Positions 44,780 to 53,780 of a stretch of DNA of 64,000 bases are shown here, in pieces. Location of the stretch: NCBI GenBank assembly GCA_963716175.1, contig OY970296.1, positions 192,001 to 256,000 of the forward strand, given 5' to 3'. This DNA is from an uncultured Armatimonadetes bacterium. GTDB lineage: Bacteria > Armatimonadota > Hebobacteria > Hebobacterales > Hebobacteraceae. The notes under the pieces were generated by a model that saw only the letters and a list, made by a program, of their open reading frames with translations, did not search any database and was not told the origin of the DNA. The position numbers and the translations under genes are program-made. How positions within the stretch are numbered: the stretch's first letter is position 1; each line of letters begins with the position of its first letter.

Positions 44780-46765
44780 CTACAGGAACGAAAGCGACTG
44801 GCTCACCCCAAACAGAGGCGCGAGCAGACCCAGGAATCCCTTCGTCAGGAACTCGCCGAGTACCAGGCCAAGGAACACGGGGCGAACTGCCCGAAACAGG
44901 CGCAAGCCGCCGTAACGGCGGATCGCGGTTGTGATGAACCAGGCGATGAACACGTTCAACCACAGGGATCGGTTCGTTTCATAGGAGCTCGCGATCACGA
45001 ACCCGACTGGACTCAACGGCCACCAAACGAACCGCGTGTTGAGCCACACGAGAAGCAGCATAATCCCTGCGCCGAGTGCAAGCGCGAAGCGTAGCCAATT
45101 GTCAGCCGGTTCCGGCGCGCGGAGGCTCGACTCGAGTTCTCCGAACGCCCATCCGGGGTAGGAGGCAAAAGGCCACTCGCCCAGGCTCCCCGCCCCGTAA
45201 TGGTAGACTACCCGGAGCAGCGCGGCGACGCCCACCAGGAAGGCAACCGCGAGCCCAGCCAGCGCGGCCCACGGGAACCACCTTCCCGCCACTCTTCCCG
45301 TGTGCAGCAGCTTGAAACTGTTCATCATCTGCGGCATGAGCACCGTGTTAGGATCGTACATGTAGATCACGGACAGGTAGGAGTACATCGTCAGCGACGG
45401 CCAGCCAAGGTTGAGCGCGCCCACCGCGCTCGTGGCAACGCCGCGGGGGAAGGCGCCAATGTCCGTGTACATCACGCCGCCGGCCGCCACCAGCCGGGAG
45501 CAGCCTAGCAGCACCGCGTAGTAAAGCCCAAGTAGCAGACCGAAGGACCACCACGACATCCCGGCGCGCATCGCCCACCCGAACAGCACGGCGTTGGCAA
45601 GCCCGAACCCAAGCAGAGCCCACCTGGCCTGCAGTGGGTTGTAGGGCTCCGGATCAGACCTCCCCCTGCCTACCAGACTCAGCGCCGCCGCCTGCAGTGC
45701 GTGGCGCGACTGGTACAGGATCATGGCAGCCAGCGCGATGAAGCCCCCTGCTTCCTCGAACCCGATGAAGAGCCGCGGGTTGATCGCCACCGCAGCCGCG
45801 CCGCCTTCCTCCGCAAAGCCAAAGGAGGCCCACACTAGCTGCTGGACCCGGTATAGGACATAGAAGAGCCAGAGGCTGAGCGACACCTCTCCCGGCAGCA
45901 AACAGGAGATGCCGATCACCGAGAAGATGATCGAGACGCGGAGATCCCAATGGCCGGAGAACACGCTCCAGGGAAGCCCCATGCCCTCGAAGTAGGGGCC
46001 AAACCGGATGTTGTAGAGCCGAGGCGAAGGAACGCTGGGGTAGAGCCCATGGATAAACGCCAGGACCGCTAGCGCTGACGGCAGGGCGAAGCCCAACCAG
46101 AAGATGCGTTGCCTGAAGAGGCTGCTGCGAATCGTCGGATAGGTCTCGCCGCCGACCACCGCTAGGGGCACCTCGACCAATGGGTACGTGAGTCGTTGGC
46201 GCTCGATCCAATCTCTGCTGAGGAGGGCCCCGAGGCAGAACATCGCCGCAGCCAGCGCGAGCGTGAAAATCCCCCACGACAAAACCGGGGCGAGCCAGGG
46301 ACTCCATGGCACTCCAACGCCCTTGGGCGAGCCCTCCCAGAACCACGCAACCGCCTCAGGATTGTTCAGGCGGAGCCAGAACGGGATATGAGGCCAGATG
46401 AGATGCGCCCAATCGTTCGAGGGCGTGGCCATGTAGATCGGGTAGGTGGTAGCTCCAACAAGAAACGGAAGGCCGGCACAGTGGAGCAAGTGCGCAGAGA
46501 CAATTAGCATCCCGTAGATGACCAGCAGTTCGCTCCGAGCGAACTGCCGGCCCGGGGTCCAGCGAGCCATCGCGCCATTCACGGCCACCAGCGTAAATAG
46601 CAGCAGGACGACACCGCTCAGCAGTGAGCCATAACCGACCTCCCAGGTGTGCTTCACGTACGCCATGTAGGGGTTGAGCAACGCGAGCAGCGCCATCCCC
46701 GCGGCCCCCACCAAGATGGACCTGGGGGTGATCGGGAACGAGACCGGGTTGCCGCGTTCGGCCAT
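44780..46765 (-). CDS. DUF6785/DUF6784-like multi-TM membrane protein (intact copy)
   Basis: ITPRSILVG, ELLVIYGML, VPWSPWLAP, RDWIERQRLTYPL, WWPLSPVGF, RYGGLRLFRAVRPVFLGL; directly downstream of pilin-like paralog 2. Confidence 0.85.
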   Translation of the reverse strand: MAERGNPVSFPITPRSILVGAAGMALLALLNPYMAYVKHTWEVGYGSLLSGVVLLLFTLVAVNGAMARWTPGRQFARSELLVIYGMLIVSAHLLHCAGLPFLVGATTYPIYMATPSNDWAHLIWPHIPFWLRLNNPEAVAWFWEGSPKGVGVPWSPWLAPVLSWGIFTLALAAAMFCLGALLSRDWIERQRLTYPLVEVPLAVVGGETYPTIRSSLFRQRIFWLGFALPSALAVLAFIHGLYPSVPSPRLYNIRFGPYFEGMGLPWSVFSGHWDLRVSIIFSVIGISCLLPGEVSLSLWLFYVLYRVQQLVWASFGFAEEGGAAAVAINPRLFIGFEEAGGFIALAAMILYQSRHALQAAALSLVGRGRSDPEPYNPLQARWALLGFGLANAVLFGWAMRAGMSWWSFGLLLGLYYAVLLGCSRLVAAGGVMYTDIGAFPRGVATSAVGALNLGWPSLTMYSYLSVIYMYDPNTVLMPQMMNSFKLLHTGRVAGRWFPWAALAGLAVAFLVGVAALLRVVYHYGAGSLGEWPFASYPGWAFGELESSLRAPEPADNWLRFALALGAGIMLLLVWLNTRFVWWPLSPVGFVIASSYETNRSLWLNVFIAWFITTAIRRYGGLRLFRAVRPVFLGLVLGEFLTKGFLGLLAPLFGVSQSLSFL

Positions 46766-46909
46766 TCGTACTCCTGCCCCCCGGCACAACCTATCCCCTT
46801 CGGACAGCGATGGGATGTGCCTACCGCACTCAGAGCAGCCAGGCCCGCGCGTTTGCCTCATTTCCGGTGTCTGCACACAGAAAGAGGCCAATCTTGACTG
46901 GCTCAACGG

Positions 46910-46941
46910 GGGGCGGAGCGCCGAGATGGCCGCTCCGCCCC
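46910..46941 (-). other. GC hairpin without U tract downstream of pilin-like gene 2
   Basis: GGGGCGGAGCG-CCGAGATGGC-CGCTCCGCCCC; same stem core as 20277-20304. Confidence 0.6.
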
Positions 46942-46999
46942 GCATCACCGACTCAGACCGCCGTCCATACCCCAGACGTGTCCGGACCCGCTCCTAGCT

Positions 47000-48031
47000 C
47001 TAGAAGTACGGCCAGTCCGACGGAGCAGTCGCACCTATGCAGCAGCCATTCCCCCATATGCTGAAGTCCAGTTCTCCGCTCTTCCAGCCGGCCGCGATCG
47101 CCTCCCCGGACATCCAGGCCGCGTGTCCATCGAGGTAGCCAATGTTCGCGCCTCCGAGGTGCCGTGTGTACTTCTTGCGCAGCTCTGGCTCACGCCAGAA
47201 CGTGTCGCCCACTGGCGCAAACGTGTACAGGTCATCGCCGTACCACTCCTGGCAGTCCGGGTTCTCCCAGTCATAGCAGCAGCGGCACGGGGCACAGTCC
47301 ACCATGCAGATCTCTGTCCAGGCATAGTTCGACATGTTGGTCTGGTTGTAGGACTGCGGACCGCCGTCCCCACAAATGACGAACCTGGCCGGGTCGGAAA
47401 CCTGACCAGGTTTGAGCTCGACCTGCCCATTCACCGCAATGGATGCCTCGAACCACTGCAGTGCGCCCTCTGCGCGGCCGCTGGCAGTGCTGCCCGCCAA
47501 CTGCTGCTGAAGAAACGAGTCGGTAACTGTGCCTCCCCAGCCGCTAGGATAGGCCCAGAGGCAAGGCCCATAGAGGCCCGTGTCGGAGACCCAGAGGTCC
47601 GTGTAGGTCCGCCAGGCATTGAGCCAGCTCCCATAGCTCACTGGATCCACGATCAGACCCGCGCCCCCGACCAGCTTTGCGCTCGGGCAGCGCCACACAT
47701 CGCGGTTCTTGATGTACTCTTCGAAAATCACAGCCCACCGGAGGTACGGGTTGGCCGCCCATGGCCGGCTGCTGCAGCTATCCCGCCCCTGCGCCTCCAT
47801 GAAGTACTGCTCTGCCTCCGCGGTGTGGTCACGCGGCGGCAGCCTGTCATAGTCTACGAGGTACATCTGAATCGCCATGGCGATGTTCTTCACATTCGAC
47901 AGGCACTGGATCTTCCGTGCCGACTCTCGCGCACGAGCGAAGACCGGGAACAGCATCGCTGCCAGAATCGCGATGATCGCGATCACCACCAGCAGCTCGA
48001 TCAGGGTGAACCCACTTCGCCGCCTTATCAT
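47000..48031 (-). CDS. prepilin-type N-terminal + H-X9-DG domain protein (DUF1559-like), Cys-rich; paralog 2
   Basis: RRSG|[29 protein letters not shown]; WRCPSA; RHLGGANIGYLDGHA; 13 Cys. Confidence 0.9.
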   Translation of the reverse strand: MIRRRSGFTLIELLVVIAIIAILAAMLFPVFARARESARKIQCLSNVKNIAMAIQMYLVDYDRLPPRDHTAEAEQYFMEAQGRDSCSSRPWAANPYLRWAVIFEEYIKNRDVWRCPSAKLVGGAGLIVDPVSYGSWLNAWRTYTDLWVSDTGLYGPCLWAYPSGWGGTVTDSFLQQQLAGSTASGRAEGALQWFEASIAVNGQVELKPGQVSDPARFVICGDGGPQSYNQTNMSNYAWTEICMVDCAPCRCCYDWENPDCQEWYGDDLYTFAPVGDTFWREPELRKKYTRHLGGANIGYLDGHAAWMSGEAIAAGWKSGELDFSIWGNGCCIGATAPSDWPYF

Positions 48032-48096
48032 CCTCCTCACCTCCTAAGAAGTCGCCCGGACGGCCCTTCCCGGTGCGGGCCACCGAAAGGAAGCCC

Positions 48097-48110
48097 GGAT
48101 CACCTCCTTT
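48097..48110 (-). promoter_or_regulatory. start-codon-less Shine-Dalgarno motif (14-nt complement of 16S 3' end) in 5' UTR of pilin-like gene 2
   Basis: Minus strand AAAGGAGGTGATCC; the AGGAGGTGA core lies 68 nt upstream of ATG 48031. Confidence 0.6.
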
Positions 48111-48213
48111 CCACGGAGCACCCGCTGAATCTCGGACCCACTGTGTAGCTCATCAACCGAGATGTATGCCGAGTCCGGCACTCGCCTTCTGCGTGCCAGG
48201 CGCCTCTGGCAGT

Positions 48214-48272
48214 AGGGTAGCAGTTGCGAACCTGCCTGTCATTGCACAAACCGCACAAATCGGTGGACAATC
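48214..48272 (-). promoter_or_regulatory. sigma70-type promoter with adjacent direct repeats (candidate AraC site)
   Basis: Minus strand ATGACA-17 nt-TACCCT; immediately upstream GCACAAACC-GCACAAATC (plus strand, 48244-48261) tandem repeat; AraC gene adjacent. Confidence 0.5.
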
Positions 48273-48515
48273 AGTCCTGGTGGCACCGCCCTGCGGCCTG
48301 CGTTTGGAGGTTGAGCGGTCGCCTGGGGTGCGAAGAGCAGCTGGGACACACGGCTCAGCGGGTCTGCGAGGCAACGAGGGGAGGAAAGTGGAGGGCCGCC
48401 GCGCCGGCCGCCCTTAGGTTGGTCTTCCCGGAGGCCCTGGGCGGGCCGTTGTCCGACCCGGATCAGGACTGCGCATGCAAGGGGGGCAGGACAGAGGGGA
48501 TTGGCCTGAGAGCCC

Positions 48516-49463
48516 TTAGCGCCCTGCCAGCCATCCCTTGGCTCGGAACTGGCCCGGCGTCTGACCGTAAAGCTTGACGAAGCAACGATGGAAGTGGCTG
48601 GCGTCACTGAAGCCGGCCTCCAAGGCGATCTCGTCTGTGGGCAGGTCCGTCGCCAACAGCCGATGAGCGGCAAAAGCCACATGCGCCCGCATGCGGAGCT
48701 TCGCGAAGCTGATGCCCATCACCTCGCGACAAAGGCGGTTAAGAGTAGCGCGGCTCATCCCGCACGCTTGTGACGCCTCCCGGACTCCCGCGGCCAACGG
48801 ACCTCGCTCCCGAAGCAGGTCCAGCGCCGGCACAATGCGCGAGAGGGCTGTGTAGGGCATGCCGTCGCGTGAGTCCAGAGGTCTGGGCGGGCGCCACTCA
48901 CGGCAGAGCTCGAAAAACACGTTGGCGAGGCAGAGCTTCAGCGCGGTGCGGTATCCGGGCGGCTGTGTCTGGATCTCCTCACGCATCCATTCAGCCAACA
49001 TCCGCACTCGAGTGCGCTGTTTTTCGGTGGAAACGCGCGGTCGCTTGTCAGCCGGTGACGCGAAGATGGTCAGCCAGGAGAGTTCGCCCACTGTGACGTC
49101 CTGGAGGAACGCGGGCACGAACTGCAGCACGACGATGGTCGTATGTGGCACGAGGGCGCGGTAGCCATGGGGCTCCCACATGCTGGCCACCCACACGTCC
49201 CCCGGCCCGATCTCACAGGAGAAGGCCTCCCAAGATCGCTCCTGCCGTCCCGACAACACGATCCCCACCTCGAGGGCCTCGTGGTAATCGAGCACCATTG
49301 CGGTCGGCTCGGGATCCGTCACCACATCCGAGTGAATGGGGACGCGAGACAGATCATACTCGACCCGCTCAGCGCCGAGTGCCCAATCGGTCCCCAGGTT
49401 GCGGGCGGGCGCCAACTCCTGCATCACTCTGCTGGCCTGCGCTGATCTGTTCTTTTCCACCAA
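48516..49463 (-). CDS. AraC-family transcriptional regulator (cupin + HTH)
   Basis: DYHEALEVGIVLSG, WEPHG cupin; C-terminal IALEAGFSDASHFHRCFVKLYGQTPGQFR. Start may be 49424. Confidence 0.9.
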   Translation of the reverse strand: MVEKNRSAQASRVMQELAPARNLGTDWALGAERVEYDLSRVPIHSDVVTDPEPTAMVLDYHEALEVGIVLSGRQERSWEAFSCEIGPGDVWVASMWEPHGYRALVPHTTIVVLQFVPAFLQDVTVGELSWLTIFASPADKRPRVSTEKQRTRVRMLAEWMREEIQTQPPGYRTALKLCLANVFFELCREWRPPRPLDSRDGMPYTALSRIVPALDLLRERGPLAAGVREASQACGMSRATLNRLCREVMGISFAKLRMRAHVAFAAHRLLATDLPTDEIALEAGFSDASHFHRCFVKLYGQTPGQFRAKGWLAGR

Positions 49464-49647
49464 CCGAGGTCAGCCCCTGCCGCCAGCACGCGCTGCTGAC
49501 AGGAATATCCGGTTGCGGCCAGGAAGGATAGGGGCGAGGCAGGGGCACCAGTGCCTCAGACCCAGGCCGGAGTGTCCCGTGGAGGCCCCGGCTAGCGTGG
49601 CGGCTGCGTGGGATGGGACTGCCAGCCCCGACACCGGGGAGGCTCAG

Positions 49648-50805
49648 TTGACAGACAGAGAGCGCTTCAGGGCGGTCTGCCGCGGTGACCACCCCGACTA
49701 TGTGCCGGTTTTCTCCTTCCCTGGCGCGCCCGGCATGGGCTACTTCCCAATGAAGCAGATCCGCGTTGCATTGCTCGAAACCGGGATGCCGGGGCATGTG
49801 GGCGCGGGCGAAGACGGACAACCGTCCTGGGATCAGTACTGGGGCACCACGGGCCCCGTCTATCCGGCGTTCGGGCTGGCCGTGCCCGGCCCCGGGATCC
49901 GGTGCGAGGTCCGGCAGGAGTGCGGCTGGGAGATCATCACGTGGGAGACGGGAGCGCGCACCCGACAACGGGCAGACAACGACAACGTCTACGGTATGCC
50001 GGGCTTCCAGACCTATCACGTTCGGGACCGCAAGACCTGGGAGTACTACCGGGAACGGACTGCCCCTAGGGGCGCGCGTCCCGCGGCCGAGGTCGAAGCG
50101 GACATCGCGGCCTTCAATCCGGGCGACCGCCCCGTCGCGGTGCGCGTCGGCTCCCCATGGACGACCTGGGGACTGCTGCGGGAACTCATGGGTCCGGAGC
50201 GGGCCTGCACGATCATCTACGATGATCCCGACCTCGCCCACGAGATCATTGCCGCAGGACTGGCGGACTTCGAAGCCTACACCGCACCCCTGATCGAACG
50301 ACTCCGCCCGGACATCCTCCAGGCAACCGAGGATATCTGCTACAACCATGGGATGCTGATCAGCCCTGAGCATTTCCAAGAGTTCTGCGCGCCCTACTAC
50401 CGCCGCGTGGCTGAGGTCGCTCGGGACTGCGCCGTCGAGATGGTCGCGATCGACACCGACGGGAACGCGATGGAGTTCGTATCACTCGTCGAGCCGCTCG
50501 GGGTGAACGCGGTTTTCCCCTTCGAGGTCAAGGCTGGGAATGACCTGTTTGCGCTGCGCGAGCAGCATCCCGATTTCATCCTCATGGGGTGGCTCGAGAA
50601 GGAAGTGGTGAACGCGGGCAACGAGCATCTCATCCAGCAGGAGATCATGTCTAAGGTGCCTCCACTGCTCGCTGAAGGCCGCTACTTCCCGAACGGGGAT
50701 CACTGCATCCAGCCGCTAGCGACGTTCGATAACCTGTGCCGCTTTATGACACTGCTACACGAGGCGACCGGCAATCCGGAAGGCCAGTTCCCGCGGGTCC
50801 ACTGA
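49648..50805 (+). CDS. uroporphyrinogen decarboxylase (URO-D/MtaA)-superfamily protein
   Basis: TDRERFRAV...PDYVP, LRELMGPE, EDICYNHGMLISPEHFQEF, DTDGN, PFEVKAG, YFPNGDH; TTG start with GGAGG RBS. Confidence 0.8.
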   Translation: MTDRERFRAVCRGDHPDYVPVFSFPGAPGMGYFPMKQIRVALLETGMPGHVGAGEDGQPSWDQYWGTTGPVYPAFGLAVPGPGIRCEVRQECGWEIITWETGARTRQRADNDNVYGMPGFQTYHVRDRKTWEYYRERTAPRGARPAAEVEADIAAFNPGDRPVAVRVGSPWTTWGLLRELMGPERACTIIYDDPDLAHEIIAAGLADFEAYTAPLIERLRPDILQATEDICYNHGMLISPEHFQEFCAPYYRRVAEVARDCAVEMVAIDTDGNAMEFVSLVEPLGVNAVFPFEVKAGNDLFALREQHPDFILMGWLEKEVVNAGNEHLIQQEIMSKVPPLLAEGRYFPNGDHCIQPLATFDNLCRFMTLLHEATGNPEGQFPRVH

Positions 50806-50860
50806 ACCCAAGCGGGCCGCTCTCACCTTCTCCCTGCTGGCGATAGGCGGCTCTTCAGAG

Positions 50861-51847
50861 TCATGCCCGGACGAACACGAGCAGGTCGCGGACGTCGTTG
50901 CGGAAGCGGAGGGCAGCCGGGCTGATGCTCTCCTGCTGGAAACCAAACTGGCGCAGCAGCGCGATCTTGTACTCGGAGCCGGAGTCACAGTAGCAGACCA
51001 TCGGCTCCACCCACAGGCGGAGCATCTCCTGCATCAGCGCTGGAGCGCGGTCCCAGGCCGAGTGATGGACGTAAACATCAAGCACCTTCCTGGTCCCCGA
51101 GTTACCCCACATGGGATGATCTCCGATCACGGTAAGGCCGAGCACACAGGGTCCCGAGCCCGGCAGCACCAGCGCGCAGTGCTCCCCGCCGCTCTGCTTC
51201 CTGCGCATGACATGAACAAACGGCTCTTCGACCAAACGGGGTCCCACGCTGGCCATGTGAACGCTGCGCAGTTGCTCGGGCCCCGGGGCACTGAAGAGAA
51301 CCAGTGATCCAGCGAAATGGCGCCAGGCTATGGGGCAGACCTTGCCCGCCGGGCCGGCGAACACGTTCTCCCAGTCTGCATCGCCGAAGAACTGCACCAT
51401 CCCCCCGTAGCCCTGCTCAGGGCACGTTCCCCTGAACCCTTCCGATGCGTACAGCCGCCAGGGCGTGCCCTGGAACTTCGCGCCGAGCACCAGCACCCGG
51501 CCGTTGTCTCGCCCGAAGTCGTCTATCGCATGCCTGAGCAGCAACCTGGCAATACCGAGACGACGCAACTGGGGAACGGTGTAAACGTGCGTGATGTTGC
51601 CGAACTGCTCGCTCCGGAAGTTGGCGACGCAGCCGGCCAGCACACCATCCACAACACCCACGTAGTAGAGCATCTCCAAGCCAGGCGTTCTGCCGTCCAA
51701 CCATTCCCCGATCTGCCATAACCATGGCTCGCCCTTGTGTCTTAGCAGCCAGGGGATGACCTCGCGCGCCTGGCCGCCAGGAGTGCCTACCAGGGACACT
51801 TCCACGACCCGACCGTCACTCAACGATGCCGAACCTATAGGCTGCAC
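50861..51847 (-). CDS. GNAT-family N-acetyltransferase (two-domain)
   Basis: HVYTVPQLRRLGIARLLL, RLYASEGF; second degenerate GNAT (LDVYVH...LLRQFGF). Confidence 0.8.
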   Translation of the reverse strand: MQPIGSASLSDGRVVEVSLVGTPGGQAREVIPWLLRHKGEPWLWQIGEWLDGRTPGLEMLYYVGVVDGVLAGCVANFRSEQFGNITHVYTVPQLRRLGIARLLLRHAIDDFGRDNGRVLVLGAKFQGTPWRLYASEGFRGTCPEQGYGGMVQFFGDADWENVFAGPAGKVCPIAWRHFAGSLVLFSAPGPEQLRSVHMASVGPRLVEEPFVHVMRRKQSGGEHCALVLPGSGPCVLGLTVIGDHPMWGNSGTRKVLDVYVHHSAWDRAPALMQEMLRLWVEPMVCYCDSGSEYKIALLRQFGFQQESISPAALRFRNDVRDLLVFVRA

Positions 51848-52391
51848 CTGGCGTGACCTCCTGATCCGTGTGCGCCTCCCGTGCAGTCAACCGTCCTCCC
51901 GCGGACAAGGGGTGATCTCCGTCCGCGACCCAGCTCAGATGAACCCTGATGCGTCTTCGTTCGCCTCTGCACAGCCTCCTGCAGCAATGCCGCGTGACAC
52001 ACCGGCGCGACTCGCCAGTCCTCTTTGTGTGGAGGCGCCCCGCATTGCAGTGCTCATGTCCCGTTCGCCCTAGTCGAAACACGCGGGGGAGCCGGAGCGG
52101 GGCCTGGGTTACTCCCTGGTGAGAGTGATTGAGGAGGCGGGCCCTGAGGCTAGCTATGGACCCGGGGAGAGCGTGTTGGCGCAAGCTCGACATGCCACGG
52201 TGGTGCTGACGGATGGCTCGGCGGCTTGGCTGACTCCGGTGCCGAAGGGCCAACGTGGAGCACGACCGGACCATCTTGGGCGCCGTGCTGGACTGGACGG
52301 AATAAGCATAGGTTGCCCAGGGCAGAAGCCATAGCTCCCACTCTATGACAGCCACGCCCTGCACGACCGGCAGTCATCGGTGATCCCGCGC

Positions 52392-53489
52392 CTATCTCTC
52401 CCAGTAGATACGCTGTTCGAGAGCATAGGACAGGATCTCATCGAAGAGACAGAGCTGAATGTCCAGTATCTGCTCGTGGGTGACGATGGGCTCAGACTGG
52501 TCGGCAAGCAACACCCCGTGGATGCATTCGGAGGTGAAGGCCATCGCCCCACACGCGTGATGGATCGCGCTAGTCAGGTTGAAGTACCTGCCGGGCAGCT
52601 TCGTTCCGTCATCCTCTATCAGTTCGTGAATCGGGCCGTTTGGCAGATGCTCACGCACGAGTCGCGCCTTCACGCGTTCCGCCAGCTCGAGTATTCGGCG
52701 CCCGATTAGCCGCGGTACCGATCCTGTCTGGACCAGGAACGGAGGATCCTCATTGGAGTGCAGAGAGACGACGACGTCCGGCGCTTCGGCGCGGGCGATG
52801 TCAAGAATGGCTCGCGTTTCCGCGGCCAAGCTGCCAAAGAAGTCATCGTGCATCGGGTTGACGCCATCATCGTTGAAGTAGCACCCCAGAATGCCAACGT
52901 CCCCCTTCATGGGGTGCACGGCCTTGACCCAAGGCCAACCCCACAGCGTCCCGTCCCTGCGCGTTCCTTGGCCGTACTTCGTCATTGTGAGATGCGGCAG
53001 GCCGACGAAGCTGTCGTAGGGGCAGCGCCGGCGTCCATCCGGATTGCCGCAAGGGACGACGACGATGCGGCACTGGTCAGCCTTGGATTTGAGATCACCC
53101 CAGTCCTTCCCCCGGTGGTCCCTGCCTGTCTCCAGGATACGAATCAGGTTGACGGTGCCGACGATGTTCTCGAGTTCCTGACCATGGACCGGACCCAGGA
53201 AGAAGACGACAGTTTTGGTGTCTCTGCCCTTGTGCGCATAGTGTGCGGCGTTGCCGGCAGCGATGGCAGAGTTGTAGTTGGCCTGTGAATGAAAGTCTTC
53301 TCTGCCGCCGTAGAAGACCGCATACACCGGGAGGCCGCCGGGCGAGGTTGCGACCGTCGCGACGGTTGCCCTCCTCAAAGCCTTGACCTCTGTCTCGATA
53401 TCATCGAGCCGGGATTTCCACCAGTCGGGCAGCACTGGGTGTTTTGGTGGGTCTTCGGGGGGCACTACATGCTCGGGTTGATCGCTCAT
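52392..53489 (-). CDS. M14-family zinc carboxypeptidase-like protein
   Basis: PVHGQE, VPCGNPDG, VVSLH, FTSE motifs. Confidence 0.8.
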   Translation of the reverse strand: MSDQPEHVVPPEDPPKHPVLPDWWKSRLDDIETEVKALRRATVATVATSPGGLPVYAVFYGGREDFHSQANYNSAIAAGNAAHYAHKGRDTKTVVFFLGPVHGQELENIVGTVNLIRILETGRDHRGKDWGDLKSKADQCRIVVVPCGNPDGRRRCPYDSFVGLPHLTMTKYGQGTRRDGTLWGWPWVKAVHPMKGDVGILGCYFNDDGVNPMHDDFFGSLAAETRAILDIARAEAPDVVVSLHSNEDPPFLVQTGSVPRLIGRRILELAERVKARLVREHLPNGPIHELIEDDGTKLPGRYFNLTSAIHHACGAMAFTSECIHGVLLADQSEPIVTHEQILDIQLCLFDEILSYALEQRIYWER

Positions 53490-53780
53490 TCGTCACCTCC
53501 ACCACGGTGATCGGAGCCGTCGTCGTCGCAGATATCAGCGCAGCAGATGAGGCCGCCAGCCCTTGTCAGAGGCCCGTGAAGCCGGCCCTGAGGACATTCC
53601 AGGGTTGTGTCTCCGGTCCTGTTACGATATCGTCCGAAGCAAGAGTGGCTCAGGCGCGTGGCGGTCATCCGATGCCTGGATCACCTGGGCCAGCTGCTGG
53701 AGAAGGACGAACGGCCCGCGTACCAGAAGACGACCGCCCGTTGCATCGTAGCCGGCGTCCCGTTCAGAGAGGAGCAGAGG

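Noticed and set aside
48097-48111. GGATCACCTCCTTT on the plus strand, identical to the canonical 16S rRNA 3' end
   Set aside because: Flanks show no rRNA similarity (upstream is a protein-coding gene on the other strand); better explained as an SD-like motif on the minus strand.
49648-50805. hemE assignment for the URO-D-like gene
   Set aside because: Lacks the HemE PVWxMRQAGR motif and has no tetrapyrrole neighbours; kept at superfamily level.
51850-52390. Short ORFs in larger intergenic gaps (also 39520-39970, 57030-57338, 58233-58620, 7963-8398)
   Set aside because: No recognisable protein, riboswitch or tRNA signature found by eye; possible decayed fragments only.
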